A stretch of DNA of 63,752 nt, taken from Rhynchobatus australiae. Lineage: Eukaryota. The stretch is from NCBI GenBank assembly GCA_034780895.1, contig JAUZTB010000082.1, positions 3,165,699 through 3,229,450 on the forward strand, in the 5' to 3' direction. A program made the position numbers and the translations under genes. The notes beneath the pieces were generated by a model. It made no database searches. It saw only the letters and a program-made list of their open reading frames with translations, and was not told the origin of the DNA. Numbering within the stretch: position 1 is the stretch's first letter; each line of letters begins with the position of its first letter. Of this stretch, positions 35,101 through 45,929 are shown in pieces.

Positions 35101-38100
35101 TATTTTCATGTCCATAACTTCCTCTGAATGTGGAGCATTTCAGTGCCATATCACACTGATACTTGGCAACCTTCACACAAGGGTCCATCTCCAAATAAAA
35201 GCCAGGCTTTTTGGCTTATGGAGAGTGGGAGCCAACAATATTCAGTGGAAATGGTCCTGAACCAGTTAGGCCAATTCCACCAATACCTCAACACCTACCT
35301 GCTTCTCTCCAGGAATACTTCAGTCAACCACGGCAAAAGCTCAGTTTGAAGAATAATTTGCAAAACAGCAAGTGATCACTATAAGTCAGTCCATCCACGG
35401 TACAGTTGGCCCTACAAGCTCAGAATCCTGAACTGTCTCAACAGGCTGTGTGTTAATTTGAATTCTTTTTTAAATTTAATTTTACAGAGTGTGGTAACAG
35501 GCCTTTCTGGCCCAACGAGTCCACGCCACCCATGTTAACCTACCCGTACATCTTTGGAACGTGGGAGGAAACGAGAGCATCCGGAGGAAACCCACACAGA
35601 CACAGCAGAACGTACAAACTCCTTATAGACAGCGACAGGAATCAAACCCTGATCACTGGCGCTGTAATAATGTCACGCTAACCGCTACTGTGCCGGAGAA
35701 CAGATCTCAGTGCACCGTTCAGAGTAGGGGGCAATCACCAAGTATCATAACCCAGAGGATACAGGAGCCTGAGGGCACATACCACCAGGCTCAAGGACAG
35801 CTTCTAGCCCACTGATCAGACTATTGAACAGTTCTTTTATGATGAGATGGACTCTTGACATCACAATCTACCTTGTTTGACCTTTCACCTTATTGTCCAT
35901 CTACAATGCACTTCCCTGCAGCTGTGACACTTTACTCTGTATTCTGTTACTGTTTTACCTTGTACTACCTCAATGCACTCTGTACTGACCCAATGTAACT
36001 GCACTGTGTAATAATTGACCTGTACGATCGGTATGCAAGACAAGTTTGTCTGCTGTACCTCAGTACAAGTGACAATAATAAACCAATTCCAACATTTACC
36101 TCTTATGCCACAAACTGTTTATTTGATCACTTGTCTAACTGCTGAACAGGAGATTGCTGCCTGTGGATTGGATGTATACATTATGACACCAAAATAATCT
36201 CTCTGGGTAAAAAAGTTTATCCTCACATCCTGTGTTTGGCCTCAGATATTCAACCCACATCTCATGGTCCTTGACCAACATTTTCCCCTCTATGTAGTCA
36301 TCTAAACCAGTTCACACCTCTATCAACTTTCTTTCATACAGGGAGAACAATCCCAGCTTCCCTAGTGTAATTTTACAAGCAAATCCCTCTTCCTTGGAAT
36401 TACTCCAGTAAATCTTCTCCTCTCGATAACCTTCGAACCTCCCCAAAGAGCAGCGAGCAGATTTTGTGCTCTGTCCAGTATCCTGACATATTGCAGAACT
36501 TCCTTGGTTATTTACCCACCTACAAACCATTAAAAGCCAAATCTGGCATCACAAAATAATTACTTCGATTTGTTTTACTCTCTTCTGCATTGTTTTCGAC
36601 TCAGATTGTCTTGTGCGCTAGGTCTTGGGTGTTTCACTTGGCTTGTCAGTTAACTAAACAAGACAGTGCTAAAACTGAGCAAACTATCAACCCATGCTAT
36701 ACATTTCCAAGTCTTACAGACATCACTGCACAGCGAATCACCCCATGTCTATCGAGTCTTCAAGCGATGAGCTCACCCAGAAGACTTAATCAATTCCAGG
36801 GCCGGACGTCATTGTTTGGTGAAAGTCTTCTCCAGTGTTACCAAGCCTCAGCATCTTAATGTCACAGTTCAACCGATACTCCACCCTTCAACCAACATTC
36901 CTCATACATTACTAAACCATCTGAGAAATACCAGTATCAGTGTTACAGGAGAAATTAAATTTCAAGCAGCTGAAACACATTCTCTAGAAAGGAAGAAAAA
37001 TAATCAAAATGTTTCTTAAAATTCCATTTCTCAAATTGCTCAGATGATTTGATCTGTAACCGTTATAATTTAACCACTTCCACGGTGAAGTCATTTACTT
37101 GCTCAACATCTCCTAAATATTCCTCAGCAGCTTCTTTTCTAGTTAAAAACTGTCCTCACTCATTCTGCTCCATTGGCTCAAGATTAAAGTGAGCGGTCTG
37201 ATGTGTCTTTTGGGTTTTATCACATCCTGGGCACTGAGTTGTACACCAGGATATCTGAAGGTTATGCTCAATACAAATTGGGGTAGTGAATCAGAAACCT
37301 GATTTATTCTGGGGATATGAATGTTGCTAGCAAGACACAGAGCATCTTCCTTGAACTTGGTAGTCCATGTGGTGAATGTGTTCTCATTGTGTTGACGGGC
37401 CAGAAGTTCCAAGATTTTGATCCAGCAACAATGTGTGAATGGCGATACATTTCCAAGTCAGATTGGAGAGGATCTTGAACTTTCTGGCATATCTACACAT
37501 TTGGACTTGTTGAGCCTGTGGTGATACAGGTTTGGAAAGTGCTGTCAAAGCAGGCCTTGGAGAGCAATCCCAGTGGATTTCACAGCTCCAATATTTGAAG
37601 GAATTAATGTTTGGGGGTGGATGAAATACCAATTATAAGGGCACTTCCTTTGCTCATTCTCAGCTTCACTAGATGCCCCAAATAATTGTACAGATACCAA
37701 CTTAAGCAACCCTGCTGACTTTCACATCAACATTAACCTTCTGGTAACACAACTGAAAGTTAAGCCTTAGTCAAGAGATCACTAACTGCAGTCAAGTCAC
37801 TCTGCACTCAAAAGTGCAGTAAATTTGTTTTAACTATAAATTTGTTACACAATATATCAAAAAATATTGGAGAATTCTGTTAAACTCAAGTATTTCTGTA
37901 ACTTCACCATTTTACTTGTGCATCATTTCAACATCAGCATTTGCCCACATTACCTGTGCAAAGGAGCCATCCTCATTGCATTCTGGCACAATGATGGAGT
38001 CTGTTGCCTTCCTTGTTTGTGCCAGTGCTTGGGCTCTGTCTTCCTGGCATCTCACTTTAGCCCTCTCTGAAACACAGATCAACCCATTTCAGAAATAACC

Positions 38101-41100
38101 AGTGCCAATGCATTCCCAGTAACTCCACTCACTACTGCAATCTCCAGGGTCAAAATGACATGACAATCAACTGTCTCTTCAAAGACTCACTTGTACTTCA
38201 GAGACTATTCCAATTTCCTGTTATGATGCAAACCAAATTAAAATCAAAGCAAGCCAGCACCATAACCAAGGTCATTGACTGGAACCTCAAGTTCTGGGTT
38301 GATATTCAAGAGGTTTAAAACTTAGTTCAAGGGATAGCACAAAAAGGTACTGGAGGAACTCAGCGGGTCAGGCAGCACCTGCTGAGGGAAATGGACAGTT
38401 GATATTTCAGGTTGAGACCCTTCATCTGGACTGGGACTAGAAGTCAGTAGTGCAAGGGATGGCAAGTTTGCTTACTGATGGGAGATTGAGTATATTAGGT
38501 CTGGAATTATGTTCTTGGACACAAGAACAAGGGGAGATACCATCAAAATAGAACAAAAATTCTTAACGGGCTAGCTGCCGGGATGAGGGTTTCCCCCAAC
38601 TTAGGGCCAGGGAGCACCCAAAATAAGGGGTAGATCATTTAGGACTGAGATGAGGAGATATTTCACTCAGAGGGAGGTGAACCTGTGGAATTCTCTACCT
38701 CAAAACACTGTGGAAGTTCAGTCTGCTCAAAATAGATCGATAGATTTCTGGGCAGCAAGGAGATTGAGGGCACAGGGAACGTACAGGAAAACATCGATCG
38801 GCCACAATGCTAATGAATGGCGGAGGTGGCTCCAAGGGCGAGATGGCCTACTCGTGCTCCTACTTTTAGGTTCTTATGGCTAGAGGGAAGGGTTCCATCA
38901 GGTCCCCGCAAAGGATGTCCAGCAATTGGTCACGTAAAGGATGATCCATTCACAGCTGCTGTACTAGGACAATCCAGCCATTAGTACAGAAACCACACCT
39001 TTTGTTTGAGGGCATTCATCTTGGAAGTTCAGTCTGAGGATTAGGGCAAAGGGTAGGTAGAGGGTCAAGGGGAGGTTAGCTAGCCAGAGATTGGTTGGAG
39101 AGGGAAATTGGTTGAGTCAGCAGTAGTTGAGGTTGGGCTGGCACAGAGGAGCAGAAGCGAGCTTCACATGCCTGGGTAGAGCATTGAGTGTTCACTAACA
39201 AGTGTAGGGTTGGGTGGGAAGTTTAAGCACAGACTTGAAAAAGGATCTACCTCCCAGCTCAGTGTTGGGACTGACTCATGTAGATCACCTTTGGGGGAAA
39301 AAAAATGAAGCAGGTCCCACTTGCATGAACAGAAACTGAAGTGGCATCCAGCCACAAGTTTCCCATGTGTGTCTGACACAAAGGACGGAGGAAAACTACA
39401 GACTTTATGCAACTCCCTGTAAAAGGCCATAATTTCCCACCAGGTCTTCTCCCACCAAAACTGAATCTGGTACCACACAAAACACTACACAATTGTTACA
39501 TGAACCAATTTCTAGGCAAATGTTTTTGAAGATTAACTGGTGCAAGATAAAGGAAAATCTACAGCAGTAATCAATAAAGTTTAATAAAGAAGTCCGACAG
39601 AGCATTAAAAATTGGAATGATTGCTGACATGTGCAGCTTTGTGCTGAATTGGTAACAGAGCTCATTTCTGTCAACTGGCAAAATATTGATTTTGAACAGA
39701 TCACTTTCAAAATGTTTAGACCCTAAACACTGAATTCTGTATGCTTCAGAGTAATGAGAATTAACATCAAGTTGTATTGTTGTGAATTGACTGAAATGGC
39801 CCTAGAACATCCCCTGCCCCACAATTACATGCCAAAAGGCAAGTTCTCTTAGCTAGAGAGAAAATTACCAGAATCTGGAGAAAAATGGGAGGAAAACTGT
39901 CAGTTCATTCGCAGAGCTAACCTGGTCATGAGGAACCAAATGGGGCTCCATCTAAAAGATCAAAAGAAAACCAGAGCAGGGGTAGGCCACTCAACCTCTC
40001 AAGTCTACCTTGTCTTTATGATCTGCCCATCTCCTCCTCTCTTCTATTGCAGATTTCTATCATCTACTGCCTCTTGAAATACCCCCAATGATCTAACCTC
40101 CACAAACCTTTGGGTAGAGAATGCCAGAAATTCACCTCCCTGTGATGCCAGAGATTCACCATCTATGCTATAATTGGTGGAACTACCTTCAACTGTCCCT
40201 CGTGCCCACAAGCTCCTAGCACCTTGGCACCCAAGCTTTGCATTCACTTTGGCTTCTCAGTAATCACTCAACATCTGTGCAACATTTCCTTGTTGCTTAT
40301 CTTCCCATTCTGGATTGGTTTCAGAGCTAGTATAATGTTCTTTATTCCCTTTCGTGCAGCTGAGTGGATCATCTTTCCTTAGCCCTGCACCCTGCTCTTG
40401 CAGGGAGATTTATGGAGAATGGGCAGGGGCAGGGCAATGCAGGTCAGGGAAATCCCTCAAGGAGTTATGCAAGGAACACCCAACTAATTGCTCCAATAAT
40501 TTAACATTATCCTGTCATCCAATATTTAAACAGATGACTTGCACATGATTAATTGGAGTGTACAGAAGCAGGCTACAGGCCCCTGTAGGAGAGGTCCCCG
40601 TTTAGTTGCCCGGAGGGGTATCAGAGACTGGAGTTTCTCCTCTGCAGTGCCACTGTGCCAAGTGGAGGAGCATCTTTGTGGATCCTGGAGGCACCACAAA
40701 CATATAGACCTTGTGCAGAAANNNNNNNNNNNNNNNNNNNNNNNNNNNNNNNNNNNNNNNNNNNNNNNNNNNNNNNNNNNNNNNNNNNNNNNNNNNNNNN
40801 NNNNNNNNNNNNNNNNNNNNNTGGATCCTGGAGGCACCACAAACATATAGAACTTGTGCAGAAATAGGCCATGCACCATTACAGATTCACTTCAGTGTTT
40901 GTCCTCCTGCCTCAACACACCTAATTATTAGAGTTGTACAGCACAAAAAACAGGCAGTGCAGTCCATGGTGTCCATACCAACCACTGTACTCATCTACAC
41001 TAGTCCCACCCCCGTTTGGTCTGTCGCCTTCCAGAGCTTGCCGATGCGAGAGCTTGCTTAATGTTTAAGTGCTGAGAGTTTATCTGCCTCCACCACCTCC

Positions 41101-44040
41101 TTGGGCAGTGCATTCCATGGCCTATTCACAACCACTATATGATTGGCCTAGGTCAGCTGTTTTATGAAAGGGAAAACTTGTTACTTTATAGATTCTTCGG
41201 GTGAGAGGGAATCAAGGCCCAGAAATCATCATCGGGCATGGGAGAGATGGGAAAAGCTCCTGGTTTGGGAGGGTAATTGGTTGCGGCTAATTGCTTCTAG
41301 TGTGTAGGCAAGTGGTAGAATCTGGGAGAAGTTGATGGCAACGTAGGAAGAACAAAGTGGGATTAGTACAAGTGGATGCTCGACAGTTGGTGTGGACTTG
41401 GTGTCTGAAGGGCCTGTTCCAATGTAGGACCGACTCCACGAGTAATGAGACTTGCTTTAGTGGAGCCACGGATTAGCAGTGCTGCTAAAAGCTAGTGGTC
41501 CTGGCAGTGAGTAGTGACAGTTGCACGTCAACATTATGTGGTCTAATTTCCCCCACCATCTCCTGAAGGAGCCAACTGCAAGTGATGCTGCTGCAAGTTT
41601 TTTTAAAATTATATTACACCTCACTGTAATTGTGCACATAACAATAAACAACTTGCACGGTGAATGATATCAATCGATACACATTAGAGGCAGAAGTTGC
41701 ATGTGTTGTGGGAGTATGGCTCACGCCAGAAGGTACCTGGTCAAATTTTTGGAGCAACAGACAAAACCCATCAGTGGTCATGATACCAGTTCACAGCAGG
41801 ATTGCCCACACGCCATGATGTGGCACTGAAATAAACCACACCAAGTGTCCACACAAACCTAACTTGATTTTCAGAAGACATTCAAAAGGATGCCATAGAA
41901 TAAGGTTCTCCTGAAAGAAAGTAGAACTTATGGGATTGGGAACAATTCTAAACTGGTTTAAAGGAGAGGGAAAGATTTAAAAAGGGACTGGAGGAGTAAC
42001 CTCTTTGCACAGGGGGTGGTGGGTATATGGAACGAGCTGCCAGAGGAAGTGGTTGAGGCAGGTACAACAACATTTGAGACACTTGGATCGGTACATAGAT
42101 AGGATAGGTTTAGAGGGATATGGGCCAAGTGTAGGTAAAATGGAACTAGCTTAGATGGGCATCTTATTTGATGTGGATGAGTTGGGCTGTACGACTTGGA
42201 GGACTAATCAAAGTACAGAAGAGAACAAGAATAAATCAGTTCACTCAGGAAGAGGGTAGGGTGTGACTCGTGTAGTGCTACACACAGTGCTTGGGCCTTC
42301 ACTGCATAACATCCATAAGCAGGACTTATAGATGAGGGGACAGCGTAATACGTCTACATTTGTAAAGGAGGTAAAGAGGCTACAAAACATTATAACGTGA
42401 AGAGGCAAGAGAATAGGCAGTTTAATGAAGGGCAGCATCACATTTTTCATTTTAGCAGAAAGAATGGAAGTCCAGAATAGACTTAAGGTGGGAAACTATT
42501 AAAATAGTGGGATTCAGGAGTTACATACCTGAGTATGCGAATCAGTGTTGATTTGCAGGTACAACAAGCAATAGGAAGACATGGGCTGAGGAATCTATCA
42601 CTCAGAGCCATGTGCTTACATGGCAATTGAGTTTTCCAAAACTTTATCAATCTCTAAACAAGATTAGATATGTAGCGAGTGACCTTTGCACTTCACAAGT
42701 TTCTTCCTGGTCCTCCTTATGAGGAAAGGACTCGTAGATGAACAGAACCCATGTGGACTATATCACCCAAAGCAGACTCACGTTCTTGATGCCTGCTTCA
42801 GGTTAGTCAAGGAGCCCAACCTTGCCTTGTCCACTGCCAGGATCTTTCAAGCCAATCATTTTCCAGGTAGGTCATTTTCATACTTCAACCCTACCCACCA
42901 TCTCAGCCACTCAAGACCCCAATCATGTGCCCAATTCACCCCATCCAATCGTCTGACTGACCCCTCCCCAGAAGCAACTCTCATTTCCGTTCATTAAAAA
43001 ATGGTACCAAGCATAACAGGGTTTTGGAACAGCCTACAAACCCAAAGTATCAATTGTTAGGTCATCAAAAGGTTACTTGAAAAGAAAGATAACAAAACTT
43101 TAAAACGTGCAGTTATGATACCAACTAATAAAACAAGAGCATTGAGTTATAGAGCCAAGGAGACTGCTGCCCTCAGATTTACTCAAATTCTTGGAAAAAA
43201 TATCAGAGACTTGTTGACAAAAGGAACTCCAGAGTTATTATGCATTTAGATTTTTCTTCTTGACATGCAACAACTTATTTAGCAACCCTAAAAGGAACAA
43301 AACATCACAAGAAGTTTCAAATGACTATAGTCAGACAGAACTTGATGCTGGTGCCTGGGAAAAATATTAACACAAAGTGGCCAAAAGGTAAAAGCTTCAG
43401 AGCAAAGGGAGGAAGTGGGGGAGACACTAGAGACGGCAGACGCTGGAATCTGGAGCAACACACAACCTGGAGGAACTCAGAGGGTTGGGCAGCATCTGTA
43501 GAAGGAAAGGAATCATTGATGTTTCAGGTTGAAAACCTGCATCTGGAACAGGTGGAGAGATTTTAAGGTGGGCCTTGGCAGCTGAAGACATGGCTGGTGG
43601 TGGTTGAGCAATTAAAGTCAGTGTTCCATTAGCTGAAGGGTAGAAAAGATGACTTCTTGGAGTTTAGGGTTGGAGGACATTACAGAGATTGATATGGCCA
43701 TGGAGGGACAAGTCAGAGTTTATTGTCGTGTGTGCAAGTCCATGTGTGCACAGGTGCAATAATAAAAACTTACTTGCAGCGGCACCACGGCATCAGATAC
43801 ACAACATCCACAAAACACAAATTAAACGTTAGTAGTCAACTGATGAATGGGAGTCAGGCCACACTTACCGCTGCATCGACTCCGTGGCATCGTTTCGAGG
43901 GTCGGGTCCCTGCATTTTGCACGTTGGAAGGCACAGTGGGATTTGTAGAGCTTCCTGTCACTCCCACAAACTGGCTTCTGTTGGGCTCTGGAGCAGTCAA
44001 TGTTGCAAAGGCCCCCACGGTCACTCTCAGCTATAAGAAA
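23181..44040 (-). CDS. SMOC1: SMOC-family gene (SMOC1-like; Kazal - TY1 - linker - TY2 - EF-hand/EC), multi-exon, 5'-incomplete (signal-peptide exon not found in window)
   Basis: Ten core exons with canonical AG/GT ends join in frame (172+113+100+51+51+69+193+83+97+248 nt) and give the SMOC domain order. Motifs CRDPTL, RAQAL, KPVSGSSV, CPGGKKTEF and ELKGCLG resemble SMOC1 more than SMOC2 as recalled. Orthology to SMOC1 itself is uncertain. Confidence 0.93.
23198..23445 (-). CDS. SMOC1: SMOC EF-hand pair exon (RVTEGSVGFLLEDRAIRWYFGRLDKDFNNEISEKELRPFKVYLRKNAKPRKCTRKFIEYCDLNGSKSISLNELKGCLGFIKSR)
   Basis: Acceptor tctatttctttgcag; two EF loops DKDFNNEISEKE and DLNGSKSISLNE. Ends either at donor GAA|gtaggc or reads through to TAA at 23181-23183. 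Confidence 0.96.
24872..24968 (-). CDS. SMOC1: SMOC EC-domain N-terminal exon (GCPGGKKTEFVTGLLKSLIMDMAQAGSHITWR)
   Basis: Acceptor tgtttgtctcag, donor AAG|gtatag; 97 nt, phase 1 to 2; GCPxxKKxEF..LL..L..DM motif. Confidence 0.94.
25600..25960 (-). mobile_element. CR1 3' fragment
   Basis: RVVRIWKSL...FRGRLDKDV in the ORF track. Confidence 0.65.
26003..26085 (-). CDS. SMOC1: SMOC exon ending TY2 (NQTPDCGSGARSKISEMGPLFRDRKLQ)
   Basis: Acceptor tttatctctgcag, donor AAG|gtgagt; 83 nt, phase 2 to 1; PxC...AR...F(K/R)DRxL pattern. Confidence 0.93.
26310..26640 (-). mobile_element. V-SINE (older subfamily with CR1-derived tail)
   Basis: gtgggaggaaaccagagcacctgggaggaaacc...tgcaaactccacac. Confidence 0.7.
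27380..27572 (-). CDS. SMOC1: SMOC TY2 exon (DQPVSCEQERRAAIEEAKQHQYEGAFVPQCSTGGLYKQVQCHQATGYCWCVQVNSGLPIQGTTAR)
   Basis: Acceptor cccttgttag, donor ACG|gtgagc; 193 nt, phase 1 to 2; GGLYKxVQCHQxTGYCWCV motif. Confidence 0.97.
27998..28066 (-). CDS. SMOC1: SMOC-specific linker exon (ELMYPALWFLFIRDAKSNRSSKL)
   Basis: Acceptor ttttgcgtttgttctgtag, donor TTG|gtaagt; 69 nt, phase 1-1; YPALW matches the PTLW motif of SMOC1/SMOC2. Confidence 0.9.
28150..28420 (+). mobile_element. Rex1/Babar 3' end
   Basis: gcagcatccatcactaaggaccctcaccat...ggtacaggagcctgaagaccc; near-identical to 54290-54690. Confidence 0.75.
28813..28890 (-). CDS. Candidate extra linker exon (GEAVDNPKQKPVEEKHKDALLVSKNP)
   Basis: Acceptor tattttcccccaaacag, donor CAG|gtgaag; 78 nt, phase 1-1, open, purine-rich and hydrophilic. 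Confidence 0.6.
29456..29506 (-). CDS. SMOC1: SMOC linker exon (EQGTKLRATTRSLTRNK)
   Basis: Long pyrimidine tract tcttttcaattcttttcttctctgatcccag, donor AAG|gtaaaa; 51 nt, phase 1-1; positional counterpart of SMOC1 DDGSKPTPT. Confidence 0.75.
30000..30720 (-). mobile_element. CR1 3' fragment
   Basis: TLVRPQLDYCV...VQRRFARMVPGL in the ORF track. Confidence 0.7.
31326..31349 (-). CDS. Candidate 24-nt cassette micro-exon (ATGWKPGK)
   Basis: Acceptor ttctccctttag, donor AAG|gtgaga; symmetric phase 1-1 and open. No homology support. Confidence 0.45.
31848..31898 (-). CDS. SMOC1: SMOC linker exon (DSTKDKASQRDHDSGRM)
   Basis: Strong acceptor ttattttcctttcag, donor TGG|gtaatt; 51 nt, phase 1-1; resembles SMOC1 SVTDKPLSQGNSGRK as recalled. 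Confidence 0.85.
32030..32280 (-). mobile_element. Rex1/Babar 3'UTR tail (same family at 43715-43830 and 63490-63700)
   Basis: agtttattgtcatgtgcacaagtacagtgaggtacaggtacaatgaaaaac. Confidence 0.7.
32475..32790 (+). mobile_element. Deu-domain SINE (SacSINE1/AmnSINE1-like), degenerate
   Basis: agtcagaag...ccactccagaa...gagcacaaaatc...atgaggtgttaaaccaag...aaattggctgctgcatttcct. Confidence 0.6.
33283..33705. mobile_element. Two Penelope terminal-repeat pieces in opposite orientation, separated by a Rex1 tail (33360-33505)
   Basis: aactcaggaggtcaggcagcatct ... cagatgctgtctgacctgctgagt. Confidence 0.55.
33834..33933 (-). CDS. SMOC1: SMOC exon 4: TY1 C-half (VQCHKLTGYCWCVTPEGKPVSGSSVHNQTPTCS)
   Basis: Acceptor ttcaacag, donor CAG|gtattg; 100 nt, phase 0 to 1; QC and CWCV thyroglobulin motifs. 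Confidence 0.96.
35480..35695 (-). mobile_element. V-SINE
   Basis: gtgggaggaaac...ggaggaaacccac...gtacaaactcctt...cgctaaccgctac. Confidence 0.8.
35750..36090 (+). mobile_element. Rex1/Babar 3' end (similar tail at 56620-56880)
   Basis: atacaggagcctgaggg...caaggacagcttc...acaagtgacaataataaacc. Confidence 0.7.
37954..38066 (-). CDS. SMOC1: SMOC exon 3: TY1 N-half (ERAKVRCQEDRAQALAQTRKATDSIIVPECNEDGSFAQ)
   Basis: Acceptor ctgtgtttcag, donor CAG|gtaatg; 113 nt, phase 1 to 0; PEC..DGSF thyroglobulin motif. Confidence 0.95.
38340..38435. mobile_element. Penelope-like terminal repeat with hammerhead-like remnant
   Basis: ctggaggaactcagcgggtcaggcagcacc...gatatttcaggttgagacccttcatctgg. Confidence 0.7.
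38530..38880 (+). mobile_element. CR1 3' fragment
   Basis: MRRYFTQREVNLWNSLPQ. Confidence 0.75.
41960..42580 (+). mobile_element. CR1 fragments (3' end plus degenerate RT middle)
   Basis: gtggtgggtatatggaacgagctgccagaggaagtggttgaggcagg (VVGIWNELPEEVVEA). Confidence 0.65.
43420..43550. mobile_element. Penelope-like terminal repeat copy
   Basis: gcagacgctggaatctggagcaac...ggaggaactcag...gcagcatctgtag...gtttcaggttgaaaacctgcatctgg. Confidence 0.65.
43869..44040 (-). CDS. SMOC1: SMOC exon 2: Kazal/follistatin-like domain (FLIAESDRGGLCNIDCSRAQQKPVCGSDRKLYKSHCAFQRAKCRDPTLETMPRSRCS)
   Basis: Acceptor ttgctgtttcag, donor G|gtaagt; 172 nt, phase 0 to 1; six-Cys Kazal pattern with PVCGSD. Confidence 0.95.
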
Positions 44041-44477
44041 CTGAAACAGCAATGGTTCCAGTTAACAACATCTGTACTTACTGCATGCAACCATCCCATT
44101 GTTCCCCTGTATGATTGGCTACATGAACACCCCCCCGCCCCAGCCCCCCCTAAATTCTAAAGGGACACAATCTGCCCAGCACATTGGCAAAATTCTGGAA
44201 TAACCCCTTCTAACCTTATGGTTGCATTTCCGCAAATCCTGGATAATAAATCAGGAAGAGGCAGCATTCATTCAGACCAATGCTTTTCCATCATTTGATT
44301 ACATCTTGGGCAATCTACAACTTAATTTACCTACCTTCATTCAGTAGCATTTAATACCCTTGCTGAACAAAAGTTTGGAAATGCTAGTTTGTACGATCAT
44401 CAACTGAAATTATTAAAACAGCTTCTTTGGGAAGAGCTCCAGGTTCCTCATTCCTTGCACGAAGTACTTGATTCAGT

Positions 44478-45480
44478 GGAAACAGGCCCTTCAGCCCACC
44501 TGACCATTAATTACCCATTCACTCTAATAGCGTAGTAGTTAGTGTAACGCTATTACAGCGCCAGTGACCCGGGTTCAATTCCAGCCACTGTCTGTAAGGA
44601 GTTTGTACGTTCTCCCCGTGTCTGCGTGGGTTNNNNNNNNNNNNNNNNNNNNNNNNNNNNNNNNNNNNNNNNNNNNNNNNNNNNNNNNNNNNNNNCCTCC
44701 CACGTTCCAAAGACATACAGGTTAGGAAGTTGTGGGCGTGCTATGTTGGTGCCAGAAGTGTGGTGACACTTGCGGGCTGCCCCCAGAGTACTACGCAAAA
44801 GATGCATTTCACTGTGTTTTGATGTACATGTGACTAATAGAGAACTTAATTCTCTCCACATTCCCATCAACTCCTCAAACTCCACAAATTCTGTCCCTCA
44901 CCTACACACAAGACAATTTATAGTGGCTAATTAATCCACCAATCCACACATCTTTGGGATGTGGGAGGAAACTGGAGGAAACCCACATAGCCACAGGGAG
45001 ATGCAAACTCCACACATAACAGCAGAGGTCAGGATTGAACCCAGGCCTCTGGCACAGCTGGTGGAGCTACTGCCTGACAGGACCAGAGACCTGGGTTCAA
45101 TCCAGACCTCAGATGCTGTCTGTGTGGAGTTTGCATGTTCTCCCAGTGACCATGTGGGTTTCCCCCAAGTGCTCTGGTTTGCTCCCACATTCCATGGTAG
45201 GACACATAGGACAGTTGCAGGATCTGGAGGGAGGTGATGGGAATACAAGGAGAATAAAATGGGACTACCGAAGGATTAGAATGATTGGGTGTTTGATGAT
45301 CAGCATGAACTCAATGGGCTCCATGACTGTGAGGAGTTGCCAGAGATGGGAAGTGTGTGGGAAGGGGAGCTGGTGAGAGTGTGGACAAAATAAACAAGGG
45401 ATTAATGTCAGATTAGTGTAAATGGGTGTTTGATGGTCAGCATGACTCAGTGGGCACGTTTCCATGCTGTGTCTCTACAT
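44478..45480. mobile_element. SINE cluster: young plus-strand V-SINE (about 44528-44842) nested in a minus-strand V-SINE, then plus-strand copies
   Basis: Several V cores and tRNA heads in both orientations. Confidence 0.8.
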
Positions 45481-45929
45481 CCCTCAGATGGAGGATGGCT
45501 TAGACTCTGTAGGTAATGCCTGAAAGTAGGTCATCAGGAAGAAGTGGTTTTGGAAGAGAATTCTTCAGAGAAAAAAGTTGCACTTGTATTCTCAGTGATG
45601 GGACAGCCACCTTGTCAAATACCTTGCACACTGCAGAATGAAGTTGGCAGATGCTGCATGGAATAGGTTAGTGTCACAATGGGGACCTTTTATTCACAGC
45701 TCTCTGCCTGCCTCAGTGGTTTTCTTGCCTTGTTTTACTGAGATCTTAGTGACACTCTACTCCACTTTACATTGGTTAGGACAGAAATAAGCATTATGCA
45801 AATAATGACATTACATTCTCCCCTGACACCAGGAAAATTTTGGACATGAACATGGTCCAAGCCCAGAGCTGTCTCACCCACTTTCCCCAACGGGTGCTAT
45901 TTCACCCAGAGTAGCACCCGTCTGGACCT

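Noticed and set aside
40679-40864. 43-bp direct repeat (1 mismatch) on both sides of a 100-N gap, superficially like repeat-spacer-repeat
   Set aside because: Typical contig-overlap artefact at a heterozygous SNP (gacc/gaac); not a tandem array or CRISPR.
44528-44600. tRNA-like A/B boxes
   Set aside because: These are SINE heads followed by the V core, not tRNA genes.
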